Shown here: one piece after another, positions 26,661 through 39,899 of the stretch
Numbering within the stretch: the stretch's first letter is position 1
Layout of the letters: each line of letters starts with the position of its first letter
Source: the human T2T-CHM13v2.0 reference genome, Homo sapiens
Strand: one strand, 5' to 3'
Length of the DNA stretch: 64,000 nucleotides
Assembly: GCF_009914755.1 (NCBI RefSeq)
Contig: NC_060929.1
Notes under the pieces: model-generated
What the model saw: only the letters and a program-made list of their open reading frames with translations
The model's database searches: none
What the model was told of the DNA's origin: nothing
Position numbers and translations under genes: made by a program

Positions 26661-28268
26661 AACTAAAGGGTATTTTCTAAAAGGAGACTTCTTTGAAATT
26701 TTTTCTGTCTCTCTATTCTAGCCTGGGTCTGATGTGTAAGTCTTAAAAGATTGTATCCTTCATTAAGGACAACTATTGCCTCTTGCAGGGAGCTGCATCC
26801 TGATTGGGATTCTGGCACATTCACACATGCACATTGTTGTAGATGACCAGAGTAGATATGTACCTAAAACATTTCAAATTAACAAAATCATAATCCTGTG
26901 AGTGTAATTTAAAAATCTAATAAAGCTTACCTTATTTTTAAAGTACTTGTAGTTAGACATATATTAACACAACTATTTCATATGGTTTTATTCTCACATG
27001 CTTGAAGTATTCAGGAATCTTAAATAGGCTCTTCATACATTTTCATGAGCCTCATTTCTTATGTGTCATACAGTAGGAAATTAAGTAAGTTTTCCGATCT
27101 CCAGATAATTCCTGAGTTGCTCTTGTGTGAATGTGTGTTTTAACTGAATCCAGACATTCATAGTAGTGAGCACTTTCTTTGACTCCTTTTTTACTAGCCT
27201 ACACTGCTTATACTAATGGGGGTTTCTGATGCCACTCAGCAGTGGGACAGAGAGGTCAGTTGTGAGCCTGACCCTGTTGGATATAGCAATTTTTACCTCA
27301 GGATGACACATTCACGTGACTTAAATTCTTTGACACTTCTGTGTCAATGCTAGAAAATTTTTTATAAAAGTGCTAGGTAATTATATCAGAAAGCATCTGA
27401 AAAACAGTCTTATCAGAAGGGCTTAGAGCCATTACAGGAGTGAGGGAAATAGTGTGGAAATAAGCTATAATTTCCTTGATGAGCATGTCATACTACAAGA
27501 CAAGGTTGGCTCAACCTCCTGGTAACTGTCCTGCCCCAGAATGGGCTAGCTCCAGCTTAAATAAATTGGAATCAGATTACCTGGGTATTGAATTGCATGG
27601 CTTCAGGAGAGGGTGTTTGGTTCTGTAAAGCCACATGTCATGGTAGTGAGGTGAGACTGATGGTAGTATTTGTTCAAGAATCCGATTTTCATTGAGGGCA
27701 CAAAGGCTCTGTTGTGCCACGCTCAGGATCTTGTTTTCCTGAGATTGCTTCAGGCAGATTTAAACAATGGCCTCTCAACGTACTGGATTTAAAGAGTAAG
27801 TAGTTCTCCATGATCTTATTTCTCATTAGTAGGGAAATGTAAACTTTTACCTTTGGTCAAAATTTTGCTCCTGTCACCTGACCCCCTGATGTCATTATGA
27901 TTGTCTTTTCCTTGCAGTATTGCCTTGTCAGTTACTCTTGCCAGAGGGATTTCATCATTGGAGTATCTGCATGTCTAAGTCCAATTCAGCTCTTTACATA
28001 TAGGCCCCATGCCCTAAGTGTTGCTGTCATTTTGCCTGTTTAGTTACTTTACAAACACTAATGGCACGTAAGGCTCCTGGGAACCCTGGGTCTGGAACAG
28101 GCACAGGCCACAGAACAGATGGCCCTTGCCAGGTGGTCCTTGGGTGCACAGTGGCTGTGGAGCTGCTGTCTCTCAACAAAGGAAGGAAGGGCACTCTCAG
28201 GGAAATCAAATGGATCAAAGCCGTCCCCTTACCCGTGTTGCCCCTTTAAGCCTTCCCAGTAGCTCTAC

Positions 28269-28720
28269 TTTTATTTTTATTTTATTTCAACTTTTATTTT
28301 AGATACAGGGGATATACGAGCAGATTTGTTATGTGAGAATATTGCTTGATGCTAAGGTTTGGAATATGGATCCCGTCACCCAGGTAGTGAGCATAGTACC
28401 TGATGCGTAGTTTTTAAACCGACACCCTCACCCTCTGGTAGTCCACAGTGTCTAGTGTTCCTGTATTTACGTCCATGCATCCTTAATGTTAGCTCCCACT
28501 TATAAGCGAGAACATGCAGTATTTGGTTTTCTGTTCCTGTGTTAATTAAGATTATGGCCTCCAGTTCCATCCGTGTTCCTGCAAAAGACATGATTTCATT
28601 CTTTTTTAATCAATGCGTAGTATTCCATGGTGTATATGTACCACCTTTTCTTTATCCAGTCTACCATTGGCGGGCACGTGGGTTGACTTCATGTCTTTGC
28701 TGTTGTGAATAGTGCAGCTG
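28269..28720 (-). mobile_element. Older L1PA/L1PB 3' fragment (L1PA15-16-like)
   Basis: 'gatcccgtcacccaggtagtgagcatagtacc...ctcccacttataagcgagaacatg...gtagtattccatggtgtatatgtacc'. Confidence 0.88.
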
Positions 28721-31700
28721 TATTTTTATTTTATTCTTCCTGTTGACCCTCTGTCTGTCTTTCTGAGGCTCTGTGTCTCTGTGGACCCTTCAAAGGGACT
28801 TTCCTTTGTTTAGGAGAGTGACTCATCCTGAGGTCATTCTCAACCTTTCCTTGGGAAGGGATGTAGCCCTTCGCAGACAGAGCTGCATTTGCCCAGAAGT
28901 AAGCATTTTCACAAAGGCCCCTGGATCCCAGGTGCCCTCCTGCACAGTGAACTCTACCGGTGGTGTCATTCTTAGCCTTGTGGGTCTGGGTTTCCCAGCC
29001 TCCAGAGGTAGGAACGCCAACCATCCTGGGATGGTAGGTGGCCGCTAGGCCCAGATGGACTGCATCCAGACCTGCTGAGTGAATGAATGCCTTTCTTCTG
29101 TAAATGGACTCCTTATCATTCTGTTTTAGCTCCTCTTTTTCTCATTTCTTCCTTTCTCCTGCATTTCTCTTGTTTCTCATTCTTCTTTGACCACTTAAGA
29201 GTGACGGTGTCACTCATGGCCATTGCCCATTGCTAAACTGTGCTGGAGGCAGTTAGAGATGAGTCTGATTTGTGGGGCAGGAATTTAGGGGGATGCTCCC
29301 GGTGGAGAGTCTGTTGGATTCTGCATTAGCACCTCACTACAGACTTCACCTGGGGGTAAGCCGTGCCTGGGGGGCACCCCCTTCTTTTCTGCCCCAAGGC
29401 CCTGGGTCTGAGCCTGTCTTCTTCTGCATGTCCCCTTCCTGTCTCTCAGTCGTCCCGTCACTTAGTGGGGTCTCTTGACACTTAATTCTCTTACTGCTTG
29501 ATCCCAATCCCCTTTAAGCACAGTTTTGTCTGATTTAAAATTTGCATTTTATGGTGATCTTAATAGATTTGGCTTAGCAAATAAGTGTGATGCTTCTTAA
29601 TTTCGGGGTAATTTAATCCCTTTTTCTAAATTGTGGTATATTATTCCTTAAAAATTGTTTTGGCTCAGTTGCCCTGGTGTCATGTGATTTCTTCTTGACG
29701 TTTTCTTTTCCGAGCTGCAGTTCATGTTGAGGTTAACTCCTACTCATCCCTCTGCCCCGAGTGCTCAGCACATAGTCAGTGCTTAGTAAGTGTTCACCAA
29801 AAGCAAGAACAAGCGCTTGCTGCATCCCCAAGTCCAGTGGCCAGTTTCCCTGTCTCAGGAGGCTGGTGGGACGTGGTAACTATTGAGCCAGCAAAACTGG
29901 GCCAGAGGCTGGGCCATTTTATGGTGTAATGTCCTCTCCAGTAGAAATTCATGAGAGGGGAAAAAGGAGAAAGGGAGACGGTAGATTCTTACGGATGAGG
30001 TGTGCGTGTCTGTGGAATATGGGCATAGGCAGCAGTGGAGAAGGGAGGTCTCAGCAAAAGCAGCTACCCCTGTTTGTTGGGCTGTGTTCACTTGGCAAGT
30101 TGCTGTGGATCTAACTGCTGTTCACTGTTAATAATTAGTCCTCAAGCGCCCATTCTTGGGCTTATGTCTTCTGCACAATTCCTCAGTCTCTAGATTGACC
30201 AGGCTCCCCGTGGACCCTAATTAATATTTTCTGACCGATCACTGGGTTTGATCAGTCAATGGAGGGTGAAGAAGCATCCATTATCAGGTTTCCTTTGAGA
30301 TTTAAGATCTAGTTGCCTCTGGTGTTTCTATTATGTGTTAATGAGTTGATTTCTGTTTCCTAATGATTAGGCTGTGGAACAGTAACTCTGGGGGGAAGAT
30401 GGCATTGGTAAGATTTGCTAAGTTCTTGGGTATATTTTTACAGGAGTATGTTCCATGAGCCCGTTAAGAATGTTCCAGGTCTTGCCCTGTCTCCCCATTT
30501 CCATACTTCACTTCCATTTTTAGGACTTCTCCCCAGCGTCAAAACTTTATTTACACGAACCTGAAAGCAGGCTGCAGGGCTGTTTGAAATCACACACGTC
30601 AATATGAGGCCAACCCAGTTTTTCATAAATAGGTCAGATTGTTTCTATAAAGCAGGATTCCAAAAACAGTCTTGTTAAAGAAAAAGTATTTTAAGAAAAG
30701 ATACCCATTGTTTAAATCTTAACCCTATTGCCTAGGGCTTGGGATAATACTAGTACTAGAAAATGCTGATTTCTGGGGCCTGCCTTGGAAGAACTGAGAC
30801 TTGCCCCAGACATCATGAAGAGAAAGCTTGCAGGCCACATGTACTAAGATCCGGGGATAGGTGTGAGTCAGAGGCTGGGCAAGGGCCTCTAAGGAGCTCT
30901 TGGTGCCCTTGAAGAGGAGCATGGTTCTGGGTGGATGCACCATGAAGGGCTGTTACTGGCAGCATTCACTAGTCCCCCTGACCCACCACCAGTGGAACAA
31001 GTACCCTTGCTTTACCTAAATACTGAACATTCATTTCTTACTTAGTAGAGATTGACTTAAATCTCTTTTTTTTAAATTGTGCTTTTTAATCTATATATCA
31101 GAATCATCTGATAATTGTGTGATACTGAGGAGGTATTTAAGCCATAGCAAATCAGGAAGGGAAGAAGCTAAGATGGGGTTTACAAGATAGTTCTTCACAT
31201 GTGTCTGAAATTAGTACTCTTAAGAATGTTACTAATTTCTGGCAGGATCCCTGGAAAAGTTTCTAGAACAATTGGAAGAGAAGCCAGAATAGCTGTGAAA
31301 AATGGCGGTGTTCACAGGTGTAAATACTCACAGCCTCACACTCAAGTGTGTCATCCTGAAATCAGTGAAATGCTCTCACTGATTTCATGGACCTTATCAT
31401 CCGTGAGAACTGGATATGCCACGTGTTTAATTCATGACTGAGTTTTATGTGCTGTTCACACAGCCTAATGCAAGACATTCACTTGAAGAAGTTTACCCTG
31501 AAATCCCCCAAATAGGGAGGTCCCACGTAGGTGAACTAAATAGGCTCTCTACAAGTACATTACTCATATTTTTAAAATAGGAGATTCCCAAGTGGATCTG
31601 GCTATTGGCCAACAGAATGAGACTTACACAGCCTGATATAAATCGGTTCATTTCTCCTTGTACTGTAGTTGATTTTCAGGAGGATTGATGTGCAATTTAT

Positions 31701-33607
31701 TGTTTGTCTGCAGCAGAATGACTTGTATGGCTCTGGGTGCTGTTTTCTAGTGCTGTGTTTGTGGTGCATGTCTTCTTCCTGTTTCTTCTGATTCTGAGTT
31801 CCGCCCTTTTTAGCTAGCATTCAGTTGGTCTGGCTTTATTTGACTTCTTTGACTTGGTGAGTGCCATGGTTTGTGAGTTATACTATCATTTGTGGTTTAA
31901 ACATTTCAGTTTTTGTTACTATATGTCCATCTATGTGGCCATCTTCTCATTTTAATTACCAATACATGTTTCAGCTTGCTTTTTGGAAAAAGTGTTGAGA
32001 TGCAAATGTGTCTTTGGAAGTGTCACTGAGAAACCCAAGGTCTATCTGGCATTCCGCTCCTGGCGGCAGACCGTAGTCTTTGTCCACGGGTTGGGAAGAG
32101 AGCTGTGAAACAGGGAGGCCTTGCCGACTGTCCTACCTGCAATCTGGACTTTGCACATGGAGCCTCTACTTAGGGGATTAGTTTTTTGACTACTGCTGTT
32201 TGATTTTTGCTTTTTAATTGGGTTATTTGAGGTGAATGCATGGTTTAGGTTTCTCGTTCTTTGTGTTGGACAGAATTAAAGGGAAATTTGAGACATCCTG
32301 GTCTACTTATGTTCAACTCCGTTATATTCTTTTTTAATGGGCAATAAAACTGCCTTTTTTTTTTTTTTTTACTTTTCTCTTTTTTAGATGGAAGGTTCCC
32401 CATTTTTATTTTTACATCACGTTCTTCCTCATACAGTTTTCTTCAACAGTACCAAGAGTCGTATTTTTAAGAAAGTGTCTCTAAATTTTCTTTGCTTTTG
32501 TAGGACTATGTCATTTCTGATGATCATTAATTGGTATGCCTAACTCTCCCCTTTGACCCAGGTATTACTAATATTGACTGAAAGATGGAAAATTTCAAAG
32601 ATGGAAAATTTGGATTACTGCTGTGTCTTTACCATTGAGTCCCAGGAAATAACTTGCCCAGTTTCATAAATTCTTAGACGTTGGTTTCTCTTGTGATTGT
32701 CAAGTCTTTGGTGTTCTTTACTTTATTCACCTGGACCACTTGAGTTGTTATTCATCGAACACACACGTGTGTGTGACATGAAGTATAACTTGTTCACCCT
32801 TACTTTGTGCAGTGGTGGTAATAAAATTGTTTTAAACCTCTTAATTATGGTTTTTCATGTTGGATTCACTGTGAGTTCTTAAAAAAAAGGATCACCCACT
32901 GATGGATTCAAATCTACCTTTGGAAAATTAAAGTGATAAGCACTTAATGGCATTTTGGGATTAGCTTGAGAATATCTGTAAGTTGATTGTACTTGAAACA
33001 TGCAGTTGTGTTGTGACCATCTGTAGAGTGATGTGGTAATTAGGCAAAGCATTTTAGAAAGGCTTTATTACTAAAAACAAGTGGTAGCTAGTTTTCATAG
33101 GCAAAGGAGACAGTCTTTTAGAAAAGTGGTGTTCCAGGTGATTTAATGGAAAGCCAATGAAATTGGGGAGAGGGAGAGGGAGAGGGAAAAGGTGAAAGAA
33201 GTTCTGAAGTCAGGCTGCTTGGCAGGCACCGAGGGAATTGACTGATGGAGCTCATCTGTAATCCTGGGATGCGTTTTCTGTGTTTTATCCAAACCAGCGA
33301 TTTTTGTTATAACATGTTTGGAAAGCCTTTTTTTCTTTTTTGGTAAGTTTCCTACTAGACATATAAAAAAGACTTATAAAGTTCTTTGTGAGAGCTTTAT
33401 AATATAGATAATATCTAGCTTTTTTCTTTCGTAATTAAAAAATTCAATGGAGAGATTATAGTAGTTTGTATATACTGTAGTTAGAAAGGTTTGGTTTTGT
33501 TTAAAATTGTTGTACATTTGCTTTTGGTAATCTTTAGTTGCTTGAACCCTCCACCCTTCAGTTTAACTTTTATTTAAAACAATCTTTGATTCTTATTCAT
33601 GCATTGA

Positions 33608-33961
<354 letters not shown>

Positions 33962-36347
33962 CGAGATGTAATATATTCTCTTGAAAGATAATATTACATC
34001 TAGGGAACTATCTTTATCACTTTATTTAACTATTTACATTGAAAATACTAGAATAAAATATAAGTACATATTTGTTTTTAACTTAATATACAATTTCAGT
34101 GTTAGATGAAATGAAGATGGAATATTAACAATGTATAAGTAATGAAAAATTACTGAAACTTGACTCTGTTTTAGCATTCCAAATCTTAAATTATATTCCT
34201 TGCCCTAAAATAAAATATCATGAAGATATTTTGGGTGAACAGTTGGAAATTGTTACAATTCTAGAGTATTAAAGATACCAAGAACATTCAGAGGATCCAG
34301 CCGAACCTGACTTGCCCAAGAAAATAAGTAAATCATTTAGTTTGTCACTTCAGTTTGCATGACCACAAAGAACTGTACACGCAATGAGTTATTACATTGT
34401 TATAGAAGAAACAAAATATTTTATAATAGTTTGCCAAAAATATCATGCCATTATGAGAAAAACCTGTTGACTAAGTCGGCCTTTGGTCACAGTAAATAAT
34501 CACTGCTTTTGACCAAAACTGCAGGAATGTAAATCTACGTTTTTCAGTGTTTGAAAGACTTTAAAATTGCACCATATAAGGTAATGCTGGCTAACTAAAC
34601 TTTATAACATTTGAATGTAGACCATAAGCTGATGAGCCGGAGGTCAAAATTAGATAGCTGTAAATTATTTGGGCTAATGAAGGATAAAGGTAGAGTTTAG
34701 CCAAACACTGTTCTTATGTAGTCTTATCACCGGTGGAGGTACAGATGGATATCACCCACAGAGGTGTGGGTAGGTTGCTTCAGAATTAATTTTTTAAGAA
34801 ACTGTTAAGTAATAGAGTATCTGAAACTGGACTGTGTTTAAGGACTACTTAGTTGCTGTTGCTGGGTATTATTCAGTCTTAAGCTTCTTCCTGGTTATAA
34901 AATTAAAAAGCAAGAAAGAGACGGCAGGAAGGAGCGGGGTGGGGGGATGGTCGGTGGTTAGTAGATATGTGGACCTAGAGTAGCCTTTTCAGCCAGTTTG
35001 GGTTGTGAAATACTGCTGAGTGCTTATGTGGCCAAGTTCTGTAGTTATAGAAGATTATGTATACACACTCTTTTCCATTTTGCAAAAGTGAGCAAAGATA
35101 TCCTTGTATGCAAGGTGTCATAATCCCATTCCTCTTATGTTTTGAAAAGAATTACATACACCTGCAGATAAGTTGAGTAGTGCATTGAGCATCTGAATAC
35201 CCTTCCCTTCAATTCACTGTTAACTTTTTGCCAATCTGTTCTCTCTCTTTCTATCTTTTATATTCATTAGGACACTAATAAGCACTGCAGCATTACTAAG
35301 CTGTGAGTTACTTTTGCTTGAAGTCAGTGTCAGTTAGGTTTTAGAAAGATTGTGCATATTTTTGTTTTAATTTGTCTTGAGGGCAGATTTTGGGCTTAAA
35401 AATACCTCTGTAACTGAATAGCCAAGCAGTACTTGCCCCTGAGAAGCAGGAAGTGCAGCAGATTTAGTAGAAATGCTTGAACAAATCTAGCGTCTTGGTT
35501 GAAATTGACTAAAGTTCCAAAATAACTAAACAGTGTCACAGAGAGTAGTGACAGGCAGACTCATCTCAGAAGCAGTGGCTCCTGTCTTCTGAGTGACAGT
35601 CACTTTCAAGTGGCAGTCAGAGTGTTGACCAGGCACACAGAATAAAGCCCCTTCTGTTGAAGAACTGGCTTAATGGAGTGGGACAGGTTAACAACAGTTG
35701 ATTAAACCAAAACACAACTCTAACCAGGCAGAAACACATTTGGTCACAATAACAGGGGGGATGATATCAAACCGGAGTGTTGTGGCTATGCAGTGAAGTG
35801 CGGAATTAGAGGTGGAGCCTTCGTGGCATCACTGAGGTGGAAGGCTTTTTCAAGACCATTGGATTCAGTTAAACAAATGAGTTGTAGAATGGGGATAAGC
35901 TGAGGGATAAGTAATCCCATCCTTTACGGAACATATTTTTTGGAGGTGGAACTGGATACAGCAAATTACAGCATACAGAATAACATAGGTGCTATCTTGA
36001 GGCAGGTGTCATATCCTTGAGCCTGCTGAGGGATCAGAGTGGACTCTGGAAGAGCTGGCCTTTGAGTGGGGCTGTGAAAGATCAGCGGTGGAGCGAATAG
36101 TCACTCAAGCCTGCAACTTAGGGTATAGGGAGGAATGGGGTGGCCCACCCACCAGCCCCTCTGATGGCTTCTAAACATTTGCAAGCAGCAAAATCTTTTC
36201 CAAAAATGCTTGTTTCAGGGGAAGTTGATCACTAGGCATGGGTAATATGAGAAATGTGACGGTTGGGGTGGTCAGACCTCTTCCTCTAGGAGGTCCAGGA
36301 GTATAAGTTACTGAACAGCCATCTCAGATGCTCACATTGTATGTTCC

Positions 36348-36668
<321 letters not shown>

Positions 36669-37899
36669 TGGTAATGTTCTTAAGTGTTCTGTGAGCCGCT
36701 AATAAAAATCACCTTGTCTTCATTTACAGAAGCAATAAGCCCACTGTTTTTTGTTTTGTTTTTTGTTTTTCCTAGGAGGCTACAGGCAATCAGGAATAAT
36801 TAGATAAGGATTGGGGGCACCGTTCATTTCAGTAAGAGCAGAATCGAAGAGCTCTACGCTTAGGACAGATTAAGAGACTGACTTCACCCACTTAGGCTGA
36901 TAATGTAATTTTGGTTTTCTATGTTTGCTTATTGCTAATTAAAAGCAGTAACAGTGATAGAAGAGCACAGAGGTTTGCTTTGTTTTCCACATGTAAATTA
37001 GAAGCGTCTGTCTCTGTGACTGTTACTCTCCTGTAGTAGTTTGTATAAATGTAGAGCCACATGCTGTCTGTATGTCTTGGCTGTTCTCTTGAAATACCCA
37101 GTAGTGCTGCCCAAATGGCCAGCAGTGAGCACCAGCGGCTGCAAGTCCATTTATGCAAGGCTGTTGTAGGAAAGTAAGACAGAGAAATATGTCTGCTGAC
37201 ATGTGAGGTCACTAAAGTATAGATTCTTTGTGTACTGTTTAGAGAGATCCACTTGATAGAGCTGCTGATTTATGGAGAAATGAGCGCTAGTTGCCTTCCA
37301 CCCGTGTGGCTGTAACCTTCTGTTGCTGTGGTTGTTAACAGTCCCCATGTTGAGCAGGAGCATGCAGAGTTTGCCCTACGCTTTCAGAGCCTCACTTAGT
37401 TAAGGCACTTTTGGTTGCTGGAGCAAAAAAGGAAATTTATTTTCAGAATAAAGAATCCTCTGAGCTAACCCGAGGGAAGGTGGTATAACCCCACCTCACC
37501 CCAAGAGGAACTGCTGCGAGTGGGAACAGGCAAGCCCCAGCAAAGCTGCTCCAAGTTTGTTTCTGTTTCCTGTTTCTCCCTAGGGGTCGGCTTTATGCCC
37601 GCCTGCCTCTCTATCTACCCAGTCAACTTCCTCTCACCTTCCTAGTTCAAGACAGGATTGATGAGCAACCCTGAAAAGTTTCACATTTCTGATGGTCACG
37701 TGATGGGTCAGGCCATCTGGTCAGCAGTCGTCAGGGTCGTATACAACACACACAAGGCTGCGGGCCTGAACCCTTGCCCCAAGAAGATTCTGCCACAGAG
37801 TTTATGGCCCCAGTTAAGAAGATGTTCTTTGATCACTTTTTGTGACATTCCCTCCATAGGTAGAGGTCAGATCGCCAAATAAATAATAGTATCTAGAGT

Positions 37900-38310
37900 C
37901 AGGGATTTTAGTCTACAGTCGAGACCTATGAATTTTGGTAGGAAATAAATGAATTATATCTTTATTTTCGTGGATCTCAATAAAATTCAGTATTTCTTTC
38001 AATTGTGAATGTAGTTCTAGCAGTATCTGTGACTTTTCACCTGTGGATACTGCAGATATTTTTAATCGACATTAATTATTACAGATCTCTCAAAATGTTG
38101 TTCATGCTCATCACTTCAAAACTGTAGAAGTTACTAGAATGACTGCTATTTTCATTTAATGTGTGGTAAAGATGCACATATTACTTTAAAATCTTTTGAT
38201 GATCATTACTATTTTTTTTAGATATAATTGGTTTTCTGGTTAAGTTTCTCTATGCACTTAAAAACAGTGTTCTGAGAAGAGCTTCATAAGTTTCACCAGA
38301 TTGCCACTAG
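37900..38310. mobile_element. MER113-like hAT-Charlie remnant
   Basis: 'catgctcatcacttc', 'ttaaaaacagtgttctgagaag...ttcaccagattgcc' resemble MER113 as recalled. Confidence 0.5.
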
Positions 38311-38390
38311 TTAGAAATATACTACTCCCCCAAAATTGCTGGTTGGAATTGAGATTACAGTTTTCTCTTTATGGCTGTCAGGATTTAAAT

Positions 38391-38464
38391 TTTTCTTTTT
38401 TTCTTAAAGTTTTGGGATACATGTGCAGAATGTGCAGGTTTGTTACATAGCACATATACATGTG
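38391..38464 (-). mobile_element. Ultra-short (~75 bp) L1PA 3' terminus with TSD
   Basis: 'gggatacatgtgcagaatgtgcaggtttgttacatag' between caggatt(t/c)aaat copies at 38379-38390 and 38465-38476. Confidence 0.8.
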
Positions 38465-39179
38465 CAGGATTCAAATGCTTTCTAAAAGGCGTTTTCTAAT
38501 TCCTTTCCAGTTTTTTCCACTCCTTACTTAGAACTTCTTTGTCCCTTTCAACAATTCCTACTTCCTTTAATGTTTTAATATCTAGTAATAGATTCCATTT
38601 TTTGTTTGCTTTTTGCTGCGTAAATTATACATTCTTTGGAGCTAAAGATTCTAGATTATTATAGTATTGAAAGTTAGAGATATGTCTAGATACAAAACTA
38701 GATCTGGGAACATAACCCCAGATGGGGAAGCACCATATATTTTGCAAGCTTGTGTTTCTCAATGTTAGAAATGATGAGACTCAGAATAAAGCTTACTTAT
38801 ATCTACCTGGGCATTTTAAATAAAACTAGTTTTATTTAAAACTAGTCACATTGAAAATTACACAAATATTTGGGAAACTCCCCTGTACAATAATGTAGCC
38901 TATTTCTAACATAGAATACTATACATGCATTTAGTGAGAGCTCCGCAAAATCTGTGCGAGTCATGAAAATAGACGGGATACCTAGACTGCTAATGTCCTG
39001 GGTTGGGGAGATACACCTTATGAAAGAAAAGTTCACAAAGTGTCATGTTACAGTAAAAGTATTTCCTTTGCATCAATACTGATTTGTGAAGAATATCTGA
39101 AGGTTAATGCATTTGAGAATACCAAATATCAACCATAATTCTTATTTAAAAATACATTGTATGCTAATTCCTTAGAAAA

Positions 39180-39313
39180 GCCAGGCAGGGTGGCATATGT
39201 CTGTAATTCCAGCACTTTGGGAAGCTGAGGTGGGACGATCACTTGAGTCGAGGAGGAGTTCAAGGCCAGCCTGGGCAACAAAGTGAGACCCACCCTGTCT
39301 CTGTTAAAAACAA
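39180..39313 (+). mobile_element. FLAM / Alu left monomer
   Basis: Single arm with a short A-rich end. Confidence 0.8.
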
Positions 39314-39329
39314 ATTCAGTTCATTCTTT

Positions 39330-39899
39330 CTTTAAAGACAGAGTCAGGCTGGGCTTGGTGGCTCACACCTGTAATCCCAGCACTTTGGGAAGCTGAGGCG
39401 GGCGGATCACGAGGTCAGGAGATCGAGATCATCCTGGCTAACACGGTGAAACCCCGTCTCTACTAAAAATAAAAAAATTAGCCGGACATGGTGGCGGGCG
39501 CCTGTAGTCCCAGCTACTCAGGAGGCCGAGGCAGGAGAATGGCGTGAACCCGGGAGGCGGAGCTTACAGTGAGCCGAGATCGCGCCACCGCACCCCAGCC
39601 TGGGTGACACAGCGAGACTCTGTCTCAAAAAAAAAACAACAGAGTCTTGCTCTGTTGCCTAGGCTGGAGGCACAGTCACTGCTCACTGCAGCCTCGATTT
39701 TCTGGGCTCAGGCAGTCCTCCTACCTCAGCCTCCCGAGTACCTGGGATTGCAGCCGTGTGCCACCACACCTGACTAATTTTTGTATTTTTTTGTAGCGGT
39801 GGAGTTTCACCAACCAAGTTGCCTTGGCCGGTCTTGAACTCCTACCCACTTGGCCTCCCAAAGTGCTGGGATTAGAGGCGGGAGCCACCATGCCCAGCC
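39330..39899 (-). mobile_element. AluJ (host of the AluY)
   Basis: TSD tcagttcattcttt at 39316 and 39900; main body 39640-39899. Confidence 0.85.
39347..39640 (+). mobile_element. AluY inserted into an antisense AluJ
   Basis: AluY diagnostics (ggctaacacgg, gaatggcgtgaaccc, ggagctt); TSD core acagagtc. Confidence 0.93.
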
